Notes: generated by a model from the letters alone, not told the origin. A stretch of DNA of 64,000 nt from an uncultured Gammaproteobacteria bacterium (GCA_964640635.1 CAZXFD010000003.1:65149-129148); one strand, 5' to 3'; shown: positions 18,704 through 28,678, numbered from the stretch's first letter. Made by a program: numbers and translations.

Positions 18704-18704
18704 T

Positions 18705-18792
18705 GCTAGAGTGGTGGAACGGTAGACACGCAAGCTTGAGGGGCTTGTAGGAAAATTTTCCTGTGGAGGTTCAAATCCTCTCTCTAGCACCA
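18705..18792 (+). tRNA. tRNA-Leu(GAG)
   Basis: caagc-TTGAGGG-gcttg anticodon arm, long variable arm, CCA. Confidence 0.95.
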
Positions 18793-18836
18793 TTCTAATT
18801 TTGAAATTTATCATTTGATATTTGTAATTTAATCAG

Positions 18837-18913
18837 GGGTCCTTGGCTCAGTTGGTTAGAGCGTCTCGTTTACACCGAGAAGGCCATAGGTTCGAATCCT
18901 ATAGGACCCACCA
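18837..18913 (+). tRNA. tRNA-Val(TAC)
   Basis: tctcg-TTTACAC-cgaga anticodon arm, CCA. Confidence 0.96.
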
Positions 18914-19078
18914 TTCGACTCATTCCGCTTTGCGGAATTCGCTCATGGTCTTCATTCCGCTCTGCGGAATTACGACCATACTCATTATATAAATGAGTCG
19001 AATGCCCTGAGTTTATCGAAGGGCACGAGAAAAACGTTTTCCATTGGAATCGAGTGTCCTGAGCGAAGTCGAAGGACA
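18914..19078. repeat. Nested REP-like palindrome cluster upstream of the GIY-YIG gene
   Basis: ttccgc.ttgcggaa twice, ttcgactcat...atgagtcgaa, ccctgagtttatcgaaggg, cctgagcgaagtcgaagg. Confidence 0.8.
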
Positions 19079-19095
19079 GAATAATAAAATCATAT

Positions 19096-19398
19096 ATGTC
19101 ATTCTTTGTTTATATTGCCAGGTGTAAGGATAAAACCCTATATACTGGGTATTGCAAGGATTTAAAGTCTAGAGAGAATAAACATAATATAGGAGAAGGC
19201 GCAAAGTATACTAAGTATAGAGTGCCTATAAAAATCATATATTCTGAAGAATTTGAAATTAGGAAAGAGGCAATGGCAAGAGAAAGACAGATTAAATCTT
19301 GGACTAGAAATAAAAAAGAAAATCTGATAAAATATAGAGACTCTGAAAATATCAAATTTTCAATTCCCAATGTCAAATCAAGTCATAAGATCAAATGA
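19096..19398 (+). CDS. Small GIY-YIG nuclease (UPF0213/YazA-like)
   Basis: FVYI..C.D.TLYTGY..DL..R...HN.G.GAKYT...A..RE.QIK. Confidence 0.93.
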   Translation: MSFFVYIARCKDKTLYTGYCKDLKSRENKHNIGEGAKYTKYRVPIKIIYSEEFEIRKEAMARERQIKSWTRNKKENLIKYRDSENIKFSIPNVKSSHKIK

Positions 19399-19474
19399 CA
19401 TAAAATTGGACATTATAAATTTGAGTTTTGAAATTTATTTGTAATTTGAAATTTGTCATTTGAAATTAAATTAG

Positions 19475-19551
19475 GGGCTTGTGGCTCAGCTGGTTAGAGC
19501 ATCTGCTTTGCAAGCAGAGGGTCGTGGGTTCGAATCCCACCAAGTCCACCA
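19475..19551 (+). tRNA. tRNA-Ala(TGC)
   Basis: tctgc-TTTGCAA-gcaga anticodon arm, CCA. Confidence 0.96.
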
Positions 19552-19643
19552 TCAAAGAATCTCTCCCAAAAAGGAGAGTTTTTTGTTTGACAAAATATTT
19601 TTATATTGATAGTGTTTATTAAAGTTTATAATACGGAGGAAGC

Positions 19644-20027
19644 ATGATAAAAGTAGGTGATCATTATTATCCAAGTAGCATAGAGGATTATCTAAAAATA
19701 TTTTTAGATATGAGAGATAACCATTCAAATGAATTGCCAGATGTAGATGTTAGAATATTGGATGGGTTTGATAAAGACAGTAAATCTATTATTAGATGTA
19801 AATATAAGTGTCGGGGCAATTATATATTTGGTTTATCCTTGAGACTTGAGGCGGTTGTAGTGAAAAAACTAGTCACTGACATTGGGCTTATTAAAAAAAT
19901 AAAGCAGTTTAGAAATCACGATTTCAGGTTTTCTCATGGGGAATTTACGACTTAAGAAGAGATAGACATGATAAATGATATTTTAAACGATGTTATAGAT
20001 TATCTACAAAAAAACAAGGCATCTTAA
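19644..20027 (+). pseudogene. Hypothetical protein with probable premature stop at 19953-19955
   Basis: The frame continues past TAA as EEIDMINDILNDVIDYLQKNKAS to a stop that lies within a terminator. Confidence 0.55.
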
Positions 20028-20066
20028 TAGGTGCCTTTTTATTATGATAAAAAAATCACCAAGCTA

Positions 20067-20807
20067 TTAAACTTGGTGATTATCTTTTAATTTTTGATAA
20101 TACTTATCTGCTCTACCTATTGCGGTTATGAGCATTAACTGTTTGTCACTAAAATCCGTTTCCTCATCGATAGTATTTTTATCTAAACTAGTCTTGTAGT
20201 CAAACAATCCATTTGAATTTGTTCTGGTGTATATTTGAAACATATCGTAGTTCATTGTGAGTTCCCACCCTATCTCAGATATACTAAGCAGGGCGTTTTC
20301 TATGGCTTCTTCAAGGCTTTTAAAGTCATTTTCACAGTTTATGTACTCTCCATTTTTCTCTATTCCGTATTCCCATTTAGACGACAATGGATTTTGTCTC
20401 GTATATATAGAAAGAGATGACGTTTCTTGAGCAAATTTCCATTTGTAATTTTCAATGTGCATCGCAATATTTTTTTCGGCGATTTCAGCATCTAAAACCG
20501 GAACAATCAATTCAGCACTTGTGCTTACTATTTTATACTCATAATCCCCATCAAAGTTTTTATGAATATAAAACTCAAAATTATCGTTTTGAGCAAAGAG
20601 TTTCCAGGCGTGTCGACTGATGTGACCCTTAGCTTTTTCAAAAGCTTTTTTACAGCTAGAAGCTCCAGTTACCACCTGTCTATTGAGAGCATATTCAACA
20701 TGCGTATTTCTAGAACATATGTATATGTTCCAGTATTTCTTTTCTTCTTCAATGGCAATTAGTTCATAGCCACCATAAACCAAGGTTTTTTTATTTGATT
20801 TTGACAC
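20067..20807 (-). CDS. Hypothetical protein with ~55-60 aa internal repeats
   Basis: GTG start after AGGAGG; recurring W......F.IY...N....(Y/W/F)EY.I units. Confidence 0.75.
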   Translation of the reverse strand: MSKSNKKTLVYGGYELIAIEEEKKYWNIYICSRNTHVEYALNRQVVTGASSCKKAFEKAKGHISRHAWKLFAQNDNFEFYIHKNFDGDYEYKIVSTSAELIVPVLDAEIAEKNIAMHIENYKWKFAQETSSLSIYTRQNPLSSKWEYGIEKNGEYINCENDFKSLEEAIENALLSISEIGWELTMNYDMFQIYTRTNSNGLFDYKTSLDKNTIDEETDFSDKQLMLITAIGRADKYYQKLKDNHQV

Positions 20808-20928
20808 ATTTCCTCCTATAAATTTTTTAGTAATATTTAAAACTACTATGAATAATAACAAAAGTCAAGGTGGGCGAGTCATATAAAAAAGAGGCGATTT
20901 TTTTCGCCTCTTTAGATTAGTGTTTTCA

Positions 20929-22083
20929 TCATTGATCTAATGCATCTAGAACTTTTTGAAAGATTTTTTTCATTCTTTCTGGATCCTCGATTTTCAATGC
21001 AAGCTTTTCGCACAGCTTCTTTACCCGTTCATTTTCAGAGCTTAGATTTTTTAGAATGACATCCTTCTTGCTTTCAAGTAGTCCTTTAGAAATTTTCAAT
21101 GCAAGCTTTTCACAAAGTTCAACAACATATTTATTCTCAGACCTTTGACAATCTATTAGATATTCCAAATACTCGATTAAATCTTTTTCATCTATTTTTA
21201 GTGCAAGTTCTTTGCATAGATTAGAAAGATGTTTGAACTTCAGATGAATGCTCTGAGCTTTTTGACAAGCGATTAGATATTTGAGTTCTTTTGCCAAATC
21301 TTCTGAGCATATTTTCATGGCAAGTTGTTTGCAGACAAATTGATCAAACCAATCACTACCGAAATTAATACTTGCTATAAGACTTGTTTGATCTTTTATT
21401 GGACCATCAAACCAATTAATTATTTGATATTCTCTATGGACTAAATTTTTCACAAAATATTTTAGATATTTTATTAACTTTTCTTTTGAAATCTTTGATA
21501 ACAATTCTTGAACAATGTCCCGAGTATCAGAGCTTATTATAGGGCCACATTTAGAGGCAATATCAAGAATATAATAAAAGTTTGTAATTACAATTTCTTC
21601 GCTTACCTTTAGAAGTAGTTTTCCATAAAGTGTATTTCTACTAAGATACCATTTTTTTGCGCTTTCTGATTGTTTTTCTAGAAGCCATTTAAAATGCTTT
21701 TCTATGTGTTGTGTTGGAATTTTTAAAGCAAGGTCTTGATAAAGAGTAGAATCATCATCAAAAACACTCCTATCAACAAGATATTCAAAATATGGAATAA
21801 GATCTCCTTCTGGAATTTTCATTGCCAATTCTTTACATAAGGCACTGTCTTTGCGAATGAAGCATTTTAAGTGACTTGCTAATGAACCGGCGTCAATCCT
21901 AAGGGCAATTTCTCTACAAAGATAAGCTATTTCTTTGTCATTTGAATTTTGATAACCAAGAATTTCTTCTAATAATGGTTCTACTTTGTCTTGAAATTTT
22001 TGACCATTAAGGCTGTTTAGTCCTTGTAAAAATTCCAAGTCTGTAAGTCCATTGGATCTGATGATTTGCCACAAGCTATTCAT
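20929..22083 (-). CDS. Alpha-solenoid (HEAT-like) repeat protein
   Basis: About nine LC.ELA.KI-type repeats; AGGAGG RBS. Confidence 0.8.
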   Translation of the reverse strand: MNSLWQIIRSNGLTDLEFLQGLNSLNGQKFQDKVEPLLEEILGYQNSNDKEIAYLCREIALRIDAGSLASHLKCFIRKDSALCKELAMKIPEGDLIPYFEYLVDRSVFDDDSTLYQDLALKIPTQHIEKHFKWLLEKQSESAKKWYLSRNTLYGKLLLKVSEEIVITNFYYILDIASKCGPIISSDTRDIVQELLSKISKEKLIKYLKYFVKNLVHREYQIINWFDGPIKDQTSLIASINFGSDWFDQFVCKQLAMKICSEDLAKELKYLIACQKAQSIHLKFKHLSNLCKELALKIDEKDLIEYLEYLIDCQRSENKYVVELCEKLALKISKGLLESKKDVILKNLSSENERVKKLCEKLALKIEDPERMKKIFQKVLDALDQ

Positions 22084-22166
22084 TTTTTCCTCCTAGCTTT
22101 GTTTTTTTAAGTTGCTTTTTTGTGATTTGCCATAAACAAAAAATCCAGCCGAGCTGGATTTATATG

Positions 22167-22292
22167 TTATGCTTTTTGTTTTCTTCCTTTTGCTTTTGTC
22201 TCGAGCATCAGTTTTTTGGCCGCAAGACGTTTCTTGGTTTTGTGATTACTTGTCTTTTGCGGTCTTCCAACAGCGTGGTCTCTTTTTGCCAT
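22167..22292 (-). CDS. 41-aa highly basic microprotein (not in ORF track)
   Basis: MAKRDHAVGRPQKTSNHKTKKRLAAKKLMLETKAKGRKQKA, followed by the terminator aaatccagc/gctggattt. Confidence 0.7.
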   Translation of the reverse strand: MAKRDHAVGRPQKTSNHKTKKRLAAKKLMLETKAKGRKQKA

Positions 22293-22449
22293 ATAGTTGA
22301 TATTATGAATATAAGATATTTTATCCTTTTATAGGAATAAAGTCAATCTACTTATAATTATGCTTTAAATGGTATATTTTCAAAAACAATATTTTAATAT
22401 TTTTATAAATAAAATAGAACCCGTCTTTGATAATCGGGTTCTATCGTGG

Positions 22450-22833
22450 TTATTGTATTTTCATGAGATTTTTAATTTTCTTCCAGGCTTTTGAACTTGG
22501 GTGTTTATTTGTATTTATAAATACCTTTATTCCAAAACATTTAAAAAACCCTCGTGAAGAGTCAGAGTCACTTATACCTAGAACATACTTGTTATTACTA
22601 ATAATTTCTTTAAGGGTTTTTGAATCATTGCAAACGATTAACTCACTTATTAGTATGACATTAAAATCCAAAAGGTTTTTTTCAGACAGATTAACCACCG
22701 GCGTGATTTCAGAAGTAATTTCAAGGGTTATCCCATCTTCTTGTGCAATTGGTATTAATAGGTTCAGAAATTTTAATTTCCACGCATTAATATCAAGTAG
22801 CACCATTTTAATGGTTTTTTGCTGATTCGACAT
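22450..22833 (-). CDS. Hypothetical protein (possibly degenerate receiver-like)
   Basis: GGGAGG RBS before ATG 22833. Confidence 0.6.
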   Translation of the reverse strand: MSNQQKTIKMVLLDINAWKLKFLNLLIPIAQEDGITLEITSEITPVVNLSEKNLLDFNVILISELIVCNDSKTLKEIISNNKYVLGISDSDSSRGFFKCFGIKVFINTNKHPSSKAWKKIKNLMKIQ

Positions 22834-22941
22834 TATTCCTCCCAATATTTAGTTAATCAATTTTAACATATTTTTTTATTTTGTAAAGAGTTGTGGACTG
22901 AAAATGTTTTATTTTCATAGTATTTTTGCTACTATGATTTT

Positions 22942-24093
22942 ATGAGAAAAATTTTATTAATTTTTGTATATATTTTTGCATTTTTTGGCTTTATTATGGC
23001 AATAGGATTTTTTGCTGTGAAATTTGAACTTACAAATGTAAAGGGCACTTCTGATGATAAAAGTAGTATTTATAATGATTTTGCATCAAAACAAAAAGGA
23101 TCATTAGATCAAAGTCAAGATATTGAAAATTCTTCTAGCACCCTTTCAAGCTTCATCGATAAAATTGATGCAAGGATTAAGAGTTTGGAGACATTCAAGA
23201 ATAATGAAAAAGAAAATTTATGTAAAATCTTTGTTGTTTCAAATTATTCAGACTACAATGCAAAAGTAATGTTTGATATTTATAAAAAATATTCATCAGC
23301 TCAAATATTAGATAAAATGGTTTTCGCATTTTCACTTAAAAAAGATATTTCAAATTTTGATGATCAAGTAAAAAATTGCAAAGATACGAACATAACAGAC
23401 ACCACACTAAATGAGAAATTATCTAACATCAAAAATCAAAATATTTTTGTTTGGCAAAATAGCGAACATTGGGCTATTATAAAAAGCGCACTTATAAAAG
23501 ATAAAGATAAAATAAATGAAGTATCTCGTATAACAGGTGTTGATTCTAGAAAAATAGTCTCTATTCTTATAGTAGAGCAATTAAGATTGTATTATACACA
23601 GAGAGAGCTTTTTGAGCGTGTTTTTAAACCACTTCAAATATTAGCAAGTGCAAATAAAATGGCTTGGGGTATAATGGCCATAAAAGAAAAAACAGCTATT
23701 GCCATTGAAAATAATCTCAAAGATAAAAATTCTGATTTTTATCTTGGTAGTGATTATGAAAATATGTTGGCCTTCAAGACCAATGATGTAGTCAAAGAAA
23801 GATACGATAGACTTATAAATGAAAAAGATCATTACTATTCATATCTTTATGGCGCGCTATATATAAAGCAAATTGAAGCCCAGTGGAGTAAACATGGATA
23901 TGACATAAGTGATAGGCCAGAAATACTTGCTACCATATTCAATATTGGTTTTAAAAACTCTATTCCAAAAGAAGATCCACTTGTTGGAGGGTCAAGTATA
24001 GATATATTAGGATATAAATATAGCTTTGGTTCACTATCTCACGAGTTTTATTATTCAGGAGAAATGGAAGATGTATTTCCATTTGAAAAATAG
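22942..24093 (+). CDS. Membrane-anchored protein with possible lysozyme-like C-terminal domain
   Basis: N-terminal TM; EQLR...GIM.IK..TA and ATIFN.G motifs. Confidence 0.75.
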   Translation: MRKILLIFVYIFAFFGFIMAIGFFAVKFELTNVKGTSDDKSSIYNDFASKQKGSLDQSQDIENSSSTLSSFIDKIDARIKSLETFKNNEKENLCKIFVVSNYSDYNAKVMFDIYKKYSSAQILDKMVFAFSLKKDISNFDDQVKNCKDTNITDTTLNEKLSNIKNQNIFVWQNSEHWAIIKSALIKDKDKINEVSRITGVDSRKIVSILIVEQLRLYYTQRELFERVFKPLQILASANKMAWGIMAIKEKTAIAIENNLKDKNSDFYLGSDYENMLAFKTNDVVKERYDRLINEKDHYYSYLYGALYIKQIEAQWSKHGYDISDRPEILATIFNIGFKNSIPKEDPLVGGSSIDILGYKYSFGSLSHEFYYSGEMEDVFPFEK

Positions 24094-24099
24094 ATATTT

Positions 24100-24743
24100 T
24101 CAATCTAAATACTTGTGTAAATAATTAAATAAATCAGTTGAGTTTTTTATAAGTTTGATTTCAAATCCAAGTTTATGATAAATACCAGATGAGTCTTTAG
24201 AGTCATCTAAGAGCAACACATCCCCGTAGGATAGGTTGTTTTTTTTTTCAGATATGAGTCAAAAAACGGAATTTGATTATTCATGGTATCATATTTTAGT
24301 ACCCCGAGTTCACAGGATATAAGAAAATCATCAAAAATATTATTTAGAGAAAGGCTGGGTATGGTAAATTTTCTAAAAGTATCCATATTATCAGTGGCTA
24401 CAATTACTTTTATTTTTTGTTTTTTTATATCTTGGATTAAATCTATAATCTCTGTAGAGCCAAAGGTCATATTTTTACAGCTTTCTTCTAGACTAGAGCG
24501 CACTATTTCATAATTTAGATTATTAGCATTTGCAAGATACTTACACACTTGCTCATAAGTTAATTCGCCTTTCATCCATTTGGGAATAAGATTTTTATTT
24601 TTTTTAAATAGCCAATCTTGAATAATTTGGTAGTAATTATTATATTTATGATTTGCATTTTCTAATTGAGACCAAAAAAAAGAATAAGAAAGTGTTTTGT
24701 GCCAATCTATGAATAATACTTTTGGTATATTTATTTTAATCAT
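24100..24743 (-). pseudogene. HAD-superfamily hydrolase, frameshifted at an A10 tract
   Basis: FIDWHKTLS motif I; motif IV (LLLDD) lies in the -1 frame after the homopolymer at 24239-24248. Confidence 0.75.
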
Positions 24744-24870
24744 AGTTTAAGTATATCAAAAAAATAAAACTATTTTTATCTTGAAATGCAGGTATTGTGA
24801 ATTGACACAGGTATTTATGTGTGATATTGTGTAATGTTCTTAAATAAAAAATTAGTTCTTAGGAGGAACA

Positions 24871-25191
24871 ATGGAACTACTGCAACGAATACACCCCAAA
24901 GACATTAAGCTCCCTTTTCAGTTTTATGGAGCTTTTGCAGGAACTGGAGATTCAAAATTCGGCGCTACTGAATCAGAGATGATTGCAAAGAACATTGTCA
25001 TTATTTCTCGTAAAGAAAATAAATGGCAACCGTTTTCATGGAATGAGTATTGTCTGGCCTGTAGTCATGAAGCCACTGATGATGAAAAGTATATTCTTGA
25101 TAGACTAGTTAAACAGGAATACCTTTCTTTTAATGAAGGGAAGTATTCGATAACGGAGTCGTTTTTAGAAGCTTTAAAGGAATATATTTAG
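24871..25191 (+). CDS. Hypothetical protein
   Basis: AGGAGG RBS, TTGACA promoter, terminator. Confidence 0.75.
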   Translation: MELLQRIHPKDIKLPFQFYGAFAGTGDSKFGATESEMIAKNIVIISRKENKWQPFSWNEYCLACSHEATDDEKYILDRLVKQEYLSFNEGKYSITESFLEALKEYI

Positions 25192-25293
25192 TAGTTTTTG
25201 TAAAAGTTAATTAAGTGGAGAATTATTCTCCACTTTTTATTTTCATAAAAAATAAAAATACCCCTAGCAACAGAGGTATTTTTTAAAGAAGCA

Positions 25294-25902
25294 TTATTTT
25301 TTTGTAGTTTTCTTTTTTGCTACTTTTTTCTCAACAACCTTTTTCACAGTTTTTGGCTTAGCAACGGCCTTTTCTTTTTTTATAGAAACTTCTTTCTTTT
25401 TTGTTGCATCATTATTTTTTACTGGTGTTGGAGAAAAGTGTTTTAAGATCTCATCTAGTTTGTCATTTAGAATTTTGAATTGTTTATCAAATTGAGAGGC
25501 ATTGTTTGAACTACTCTTGGTATCTTTATTTCCACCCTCTTGTTTTTCAAAACACACTGAGCAATATACGGCTTTACCATTTGTTGGTCTAAATGGAACT
25601 TCGCAAGCTACTCCACAATCTGCACAAGTTGCTTTGAAGAATTCTCTATCCCCATTACCTTGTCTAGAAGATTTTCTAAAATCTGGTCTAGGAGATGATC
25701 CAGAGTTGTTTTTCTCTCTAAAACAATCACTACAGAAAATTGGCTTATCACTTGATGGTTTAAATGGAACCTCACAAGAAACTCCACATTTATCACAGAT
25801 TACTTTGTGCATTTCTTGTTGTTCTCTTCTATTGTCGCGATTATCAAATCTTCTTCCAGAGTCACGTCCTCTAGAATTGTTTCTTCCATTAAAATCTCTC
25901 AT
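25294..25902 (-). CDS. CxxC-x17-CxxC zinc-ribbon protein (two domains) with Lys-rich tail
   Basis: C..CG..CEVPF.P....(I/V)(F/Y)CS.CF occurs twice. Confidence 0.92.
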   Translation of the reverse strand: MRDFNGRNNSRGRDSGRRFDNRDNRREQQEMHKVICDKCGVSCEVPFKPSSDKPIFCSDCFREKNNSGSSPRPDFRKSSRQGNGDREFFKATCADCGVACEVPFRPTNGKAVYCSVCFEKQEGGNKDTKSSSNNASQFDKQFKILNDKLDEILKHFSPTPVKNNDATKKKEVSIKKEKAVAKPKTVKKVVEKKVAKKKTTKK

Positions 25903-26002
25903 AATTTTGTAATTACTAATTATACTAGAAGTTTAGCTTTTTAATTGATAAAAGGCAAGAAAGAAATAAAAAAAGAGCCCTCTTTAGCGAAGGCTCATGT
26001 TG

Positions 26003-26995
26003 TTAAATTATTACATTAATTATATCAACAATCCAAGATGTAACATATGCTAATATAGCACACCCTGGAAATGTTAATATCCAAACGAGGATAATGCTTC
26101 TTGCAATTCCCCATTTAACATTTTTTAGACTTCTAGCACCAGCAGAACCCATTATGGAAGTGTTAATGGTATGTGTGGTTGAAAGGGGGATGCCAAATAA
26201 AGATGCTGTTAAGATGGTGGTAGATGCTCCAAGCTCCGCAGCAAATCCTTGGGGTGGCTTTAGACTGACCATTTCTATTCCAACTTTTTTTATAATTTTC
26301 CATCCACCAATGGATGTGCCAATACCCATTGTCAGTGAGCAGAGTAGAATAACCCATATAGGTACACTAAACTTCTGTAAGACTCCGCCGACAACAAGTG
26401 TCATACAAAATATTCCTATGAATTTTTGTCCATCGTTCATGCCATGATTATAGGCAGTAAATATTGAGGAAAATATTTGTAATCTACCATAGACAGCTTG
26501 AGATGATCTTACGTTAAATAATGGAGATAGAAATATAACTATTCTCATAAAAAACCATCCAAGACCAAAGCCCAGTATAGTAGATGCAAGTAGCCCATAT
26601 CCTATTTTTATCCAGCCAGATGCAAGTAGTGCTTGTGGACCAGCTGTATAAAAAACAGCTCCAGTTAGTCCCGCTACTAGGGCATGAGATTCACTTGTTG
26701 GAATGCCATATTTAGCAGCAACACTGCTCCAAGTAATAAGGCTAAACATTGCTATCAGAATAATCTGAGGAGTTACAATGGTAACATCGATTATTCCTTT
26801 TCCAATGGTGTATGCAACTGCTGTCCCAGATAGGGTGCCGAGTATATTAAAGGAAACAGCCATAAATACAGCCTGACGAGGTGTTAATACCTTGGTAGAA
26901 ATAACCGTTGTAATGGCATTTGGTGCATCAGTCCAACCATTTACAAATTCAGCTATTAAGACTGAGATTAGTGTTAGCCACAAAATCAATTCCAC
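26003..26995 (-). CDS. Inorganic phosphate transporter (PiT family)
   Basis: NGWTDAPNAI, P.SESHAL, HG.NDGQK, P.STTH; GTG start after AGGAGG. Confidence 0.95.
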   Translation of the reverse strand: MELILWLTLISVLIAEFVNGWTDAPNAITTVISTKVLTPRQAVFMAVSFNILGTLSGTAVAYTIGKGIIDVTIVTPQIILIAMFSLITWSSVAAKYGIPTSESHALVAGLTGAVFYTAGPQALLASGWIKIGYGLLASTILGFGLGWFFMRIVIFLSPLFNVRSSQAVYGRLQIFSSIFTAYNHGMNDGQKFIGIFCMTLVVGGVLQKFSVPIWVILLCSLTMGIGTSIGGWKIIKKVGIEMVSLKPPQGFAAELGASTTILTASLFGIPLSTTHTINTSIMGSAGARSLKNVKWGIARSIILVWILTFPGCAILAYVTSWIVDIINVII

Positions 26996-27005
26996 TATTC
27001 CTCCT

Positions 27006-27695
27006 TTAGTTGAGGGTTTGATAAATGGTGGTTGCCAAGTGATTATTATCATCAGTAATAGTTTCGAGCGCTTTTAATATTTCGTCAGATCCTTTTAGGT
27101 TTGCCATACCACGCTTTGTTAGTGGTTGACCATTATCATCTGAATGCCATAACGCATGAAGACCACTAGCTCTTAACTCATCACCTTGATGCTCTAATTT
27201 ACTTATGGTTTTAATGCATTGCATTATTTTTTTATGATGTTTTTGCCAGCCAGGTTGACAGAATAGACTCATCATAGTGATCAGTTCTGTGCTACCCTTT
27301 ACGATTATTTGACCAAGTAAAAGCATTGGATTGTTAGTTTCCTTTAGTTCATATATTTTCATTATTCTAACAACACCCCTACTTCCATCGAGAACCTGAT
27401 CCATTGAATGGACTAGTCTTGATGCCATTTCATGACTTATCCAACTTGTAAGGGAAATTTCATTAAGTTTGCTAATAATTTGCTCAACAATAGCATCCCC
27501 ATCTTTTTCAAGGTTTTCGATTCTAAAACAAAACTCTTCTCTTTTTTCTTGATCGCCGTATTTTTCTAATAGATTATTTAGGCAATCAGAGGATTCTTTC
27601 ACTTTTTCTGTGAGTTTTAAAAAGAGATCCATTAGTTCCAAATCCTTGGTGTTTCCGAATAGTTTCTTTAACAATAGTTTAATAGACGGTTTCAT
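27006..27695 (-). CDS. DUF47 / PhoU-like PiT accessory protein
   Basis: LE..GD motif twice, LE.ITD; directly upstream of the PiT gene. Confidence 0.88.
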   Translation of the reverse strand: MKPSIKLLLKKLFGNTKDLELMDLFLKLTEKVKESSDCLNNLLEKYGDQEKREEFCFRIENLEKDGDAIVEQIISKLNEISLTSWISHEMASRLVHSMDQVLDGSRGVVRIMKIYELKETNNPMLLLGQIIVKGSTELITMMSLFCQPGWQKHHKKIMQCIKTISKLEHQGDELRASGLHALWHSDDNGQPLTKRGMANLKGSDEILKALETITDDNNHLATTIYQTLN

Positions 27696-27871
27696 TGTAT
27701 CCTCCCATATTATATTCAATTAACCCAATATTAGCATGTATTTATATTTTGTAAATGGTCAATAATACGTTATAACAAAATTTATTTAAAAATAAAAAGA
27801 GGTGTTTTAGGCACACCTCAAAAAGCCATTATTAAATCTAGAAATAGTCTACAATATTGTGAGCATATATA

Positions 27872-28249
27872 CTACGCGAGTTGTTTATGTTCAAGAAAGC
27901 TTTTTATGGCTATCCAAACATCCTCGGATTTGTTTTCATAGATGTCAATAAAATCATTTATTCCGCAACGTTTTAAATTTTCGGAGAATGAAGACATAAC
28001 ACTCCAACCAATGATTTTTTGACCATTGACCTGTAGGCCTAGAATGATTTTTTCACTGTCTAGGAAAGTTTTTCCAGACACGATAACTAGACTTGGTTTA
28101 TGGTTTTCTGCTAGCTCCACACAATTCCACGGATACGCCCAAACAATATTTAGATCATAATGATCTGATTTTGCATGGTGAGTGATTAGTTTAACTAGTT
28201 CGGTTTTGGACCAAAGGTCATCATCGATGATTAAAATTGTATATTCCAT
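27872..28249 (-). CDS. Degenerate receiver-domain protein
   Basis: ILIIDDD N-terminus, no phospho-Asp; AGGAGG RBS. Confidence 0.65.
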   Translation of the reverse strand: MEYTILIIDDDLWSKTELVKLITHHAKSDHYDLNIVWAYPWNCVELAENHKPSLVIVSGKTFLDSEKIILGLQVNGQKIIGWSVMSSFSENLKRCGINDFIDIYENKSEDVWIAIKSFLEHKQLA

Positions 28250-28401
28250 AATATCCTCCTTGGATACATTATTTTAGTATTTGACTTTCTAAATTTTTAG
28301 ATAATCATAGTATATTAGGATAATTATAAAATTTTGTCAATGTTAAAATTTAAATAAACAAAAAACTCTTTAAATAAAGAGTTTTTTGTTTATAAAGTAA
28401 T

Positions 28402-28534
28402 GTAAATTTAATGGGAGTCGTGTAGTAAGGGGCGTTAGAATAATAATTAAAAGGCAAGATGAGTATATTTATATTCCTGATTTAAAAATGTATGCTGATT
28501 TATAGTTTACCCTACTGTGCTACTCACTATATAT
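28402..28534. repeat. 133-bp direct repeat, copy 1
   Basis: Matches 29565-29697 with 3 substitutions. Confidence 0.95.
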
Positions 28535-28678
28535 TTTTAAAGCTCTTATTCCCACCCTTACATAACGGAGCTTTCTTGGTTGAGGACGTTAGAAGTATGA
28601 TTGTGGGCAATTGTTAAAAAATATAATAAAAAAGCGCGATCGTTTGTTCAACCGCGCTTATCAATGAAAGACTTAGGG

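Noticed and set aside
18623-18814. Short ORFs across tRNA genes (also 31325-31516)
   Set aside because: They overlap clear tRNA cloverleaves.
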